A DNA stretch of 64,000 nucleotides from Minutocellus sp. GHC0000111. Lineage: Eukaryota. Under the pieces are notes generated by a model. It was not told where the DNA came from, ran no database searches, and saw nothing but the letters and a program-made list of their open reading frames with translations. The position numbers and the translations under genes were made by a program. The stretch covers positions 3,348,001-3,412,000 of the forward strand of contig OZ361260.1 in assembly GCA_977018835.1 (NCBI GenBank), read 5' to 3'. Of the stretch, positions 62,897 to 64,000 are shown one piece after another. Within the stretch, counting starts at the first letter, position 1. Every line of letters begins with the position of its first letter.

Positions 62897-63338
62897 TCTT
62901 ATCATTCCTGCTATTTCATAATGCTCTGTTTTGATGATTTGGGTGGACAAGCAGTGTGAATCTTGTCGTCCCCCCTTCCTCGGTGAAGAAGTTGCACTCA
63001 GCATTTGAATATTTGTCCCACATCGAGCATTTATTTATGAAGTAGTGTGTTAACATATACATCTCTCTATATACAGACGAAATGTTTTGACATACATGTT
63101 CAATCCTTCGATTACAAGTCAACATTCTACGAGTACTGGTACGCAACTTATACTCTCGGTTCAGGATTACACACCACCTTCACCGTGGCCTTTTGTCTTT
63201 ACTCGATTGCTCCAGCTCGACTACGTAGCTACTAGCTAGTACGGGGAATATAATAAACAGCCGTTGAGATGTAAGAATTAGCTAGAGTCTGTTAGGATAA
63301 ACTTGTGGCTTTGACTCTCCCCCGGCATGGCCGACAGT

Positions 63339-64000
63339 TCACTTTTTGCCGCCCTTGGACGCAGCTGCGGAAAGGGATGACTGCTTCGAGCCTGTCTGCT
63401 TAGTATTCCCAGAGGCGCCGCCTTTCCCACCTCCTTTGCTGCTCTTGCCCTTGAATAGCTTCACCGAGCCGTCGGATTGCTTCTCGAATCGGCTCGGAGC
63501 GCGGTGCTGTTGCTTCTTTTCGCTCTTGCTTGCCTTACTCTTTTCTTCTCCATCGCCACCGCGACCGCGGCCTCCACCTCCACCTCCAGTCCGACCTCTC
63601 CCTCTTCCTCCATGTGTCCTGCCTCCTCTGCCTCCTCTGCCGCCGCCGCCACGTCCTCTGCCTCTTCGATTGCCACGGCTTCTGTTGGGACCAGTGCTGC
63701 TCGAGGCAGATTCGTCGTCGTGGTCGTGGTCATCATCATCGTCATCACCCCCAATGGTGATGCGGTAGGACACAGTTCCATCGGGAGCAGATACAACCTC
63801 AGTCTCCCCAACGACCCGGGCACCGCCCGTACTTTTGGCTCCACCCTTGCCACTCTTACCGCCGAGACCACCAAGAGCCCCGGATATCAGTCTCTTCGAT
63901 GCCGCTACATCAATGACCTTGCCCTTGCTGTCCTGGTCCTTTCCTCTCTTATCGTCCTCCTTTTTCTGATCCTTGGGCCGGGCCAAAATTTTCATCTCCC
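63339..64000 (-). CDS. RGG-rich, Lys-rich protein (probably continues beyond the window edge)
   Basis: Open frame to the edge; 'MKILARPK' and 'RGRGRGGGGRGGRGGR' tracts. Confidence 0.6.
   Translation of the reverse strand, partial: EMKILARPKDQKKEDDKRGKDQDSKGKVIDVAASKRLISGALGGLGGKSGKGGAKSTGGARVVGETEVVSAPDGTVSYRITIGGDDDDDDHDHDDESASSSTGPNRSRGNRRGRGRGGGGRGGRGGRTHGGRGRGRTGGGGGGRGRGGDGEEKSKASKSEKKQQHRAPSRFEKQSDGSVKLFKGKSSKGGGKGGASGNTKQTGSKQSSLSAAASKGGKK

Overview
Gene-dense eukaryotic nuclear DNA with short GT-AG introns, almost certainly from a diatom or related ochrophyte (signal peptide + 'AF(V)AP' bipartite plastid presequences, a CxRGLE-motif protein). The left ~44.6 kb looks like a decaying segment: plastid TPI split by a ~2 kb insertion, a divergent chlorophyll synthase, nonsense/frameshift lesions in an ABCB, an ABCG, an EEP and an F-box-like gene, LMBR1 split by a Tc1/mariner element, two copies of that element and two LINE-like 3' fragments. 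It also holds apparently intact genes (HMG-box, a ~2,380-aa protease/helicase-like giant, Tudor, flavodoxin, METTL21-like). The right ~19 kb holds apparently intact housekeeping genes (eIF2-alpha, RPS28, PDCD4-like, GRP94, proteasome alpha7). Most notable: (1) a single spliced ORF fusing an XRN 5'-3' exoribonuclease to a catalytically intact proteasome beta5 subunit; (2) directional TpA->TpG/CpA mutation in the transposon copies that spreads into the host exon next to the insertion; (3) a plastid-targeted four-repeat disordered protein resembling a pyrenoid linker; (4) pervasive TA-palindrome-TA excision-footprint-like motifs. All calls are by eye; no searches were run.
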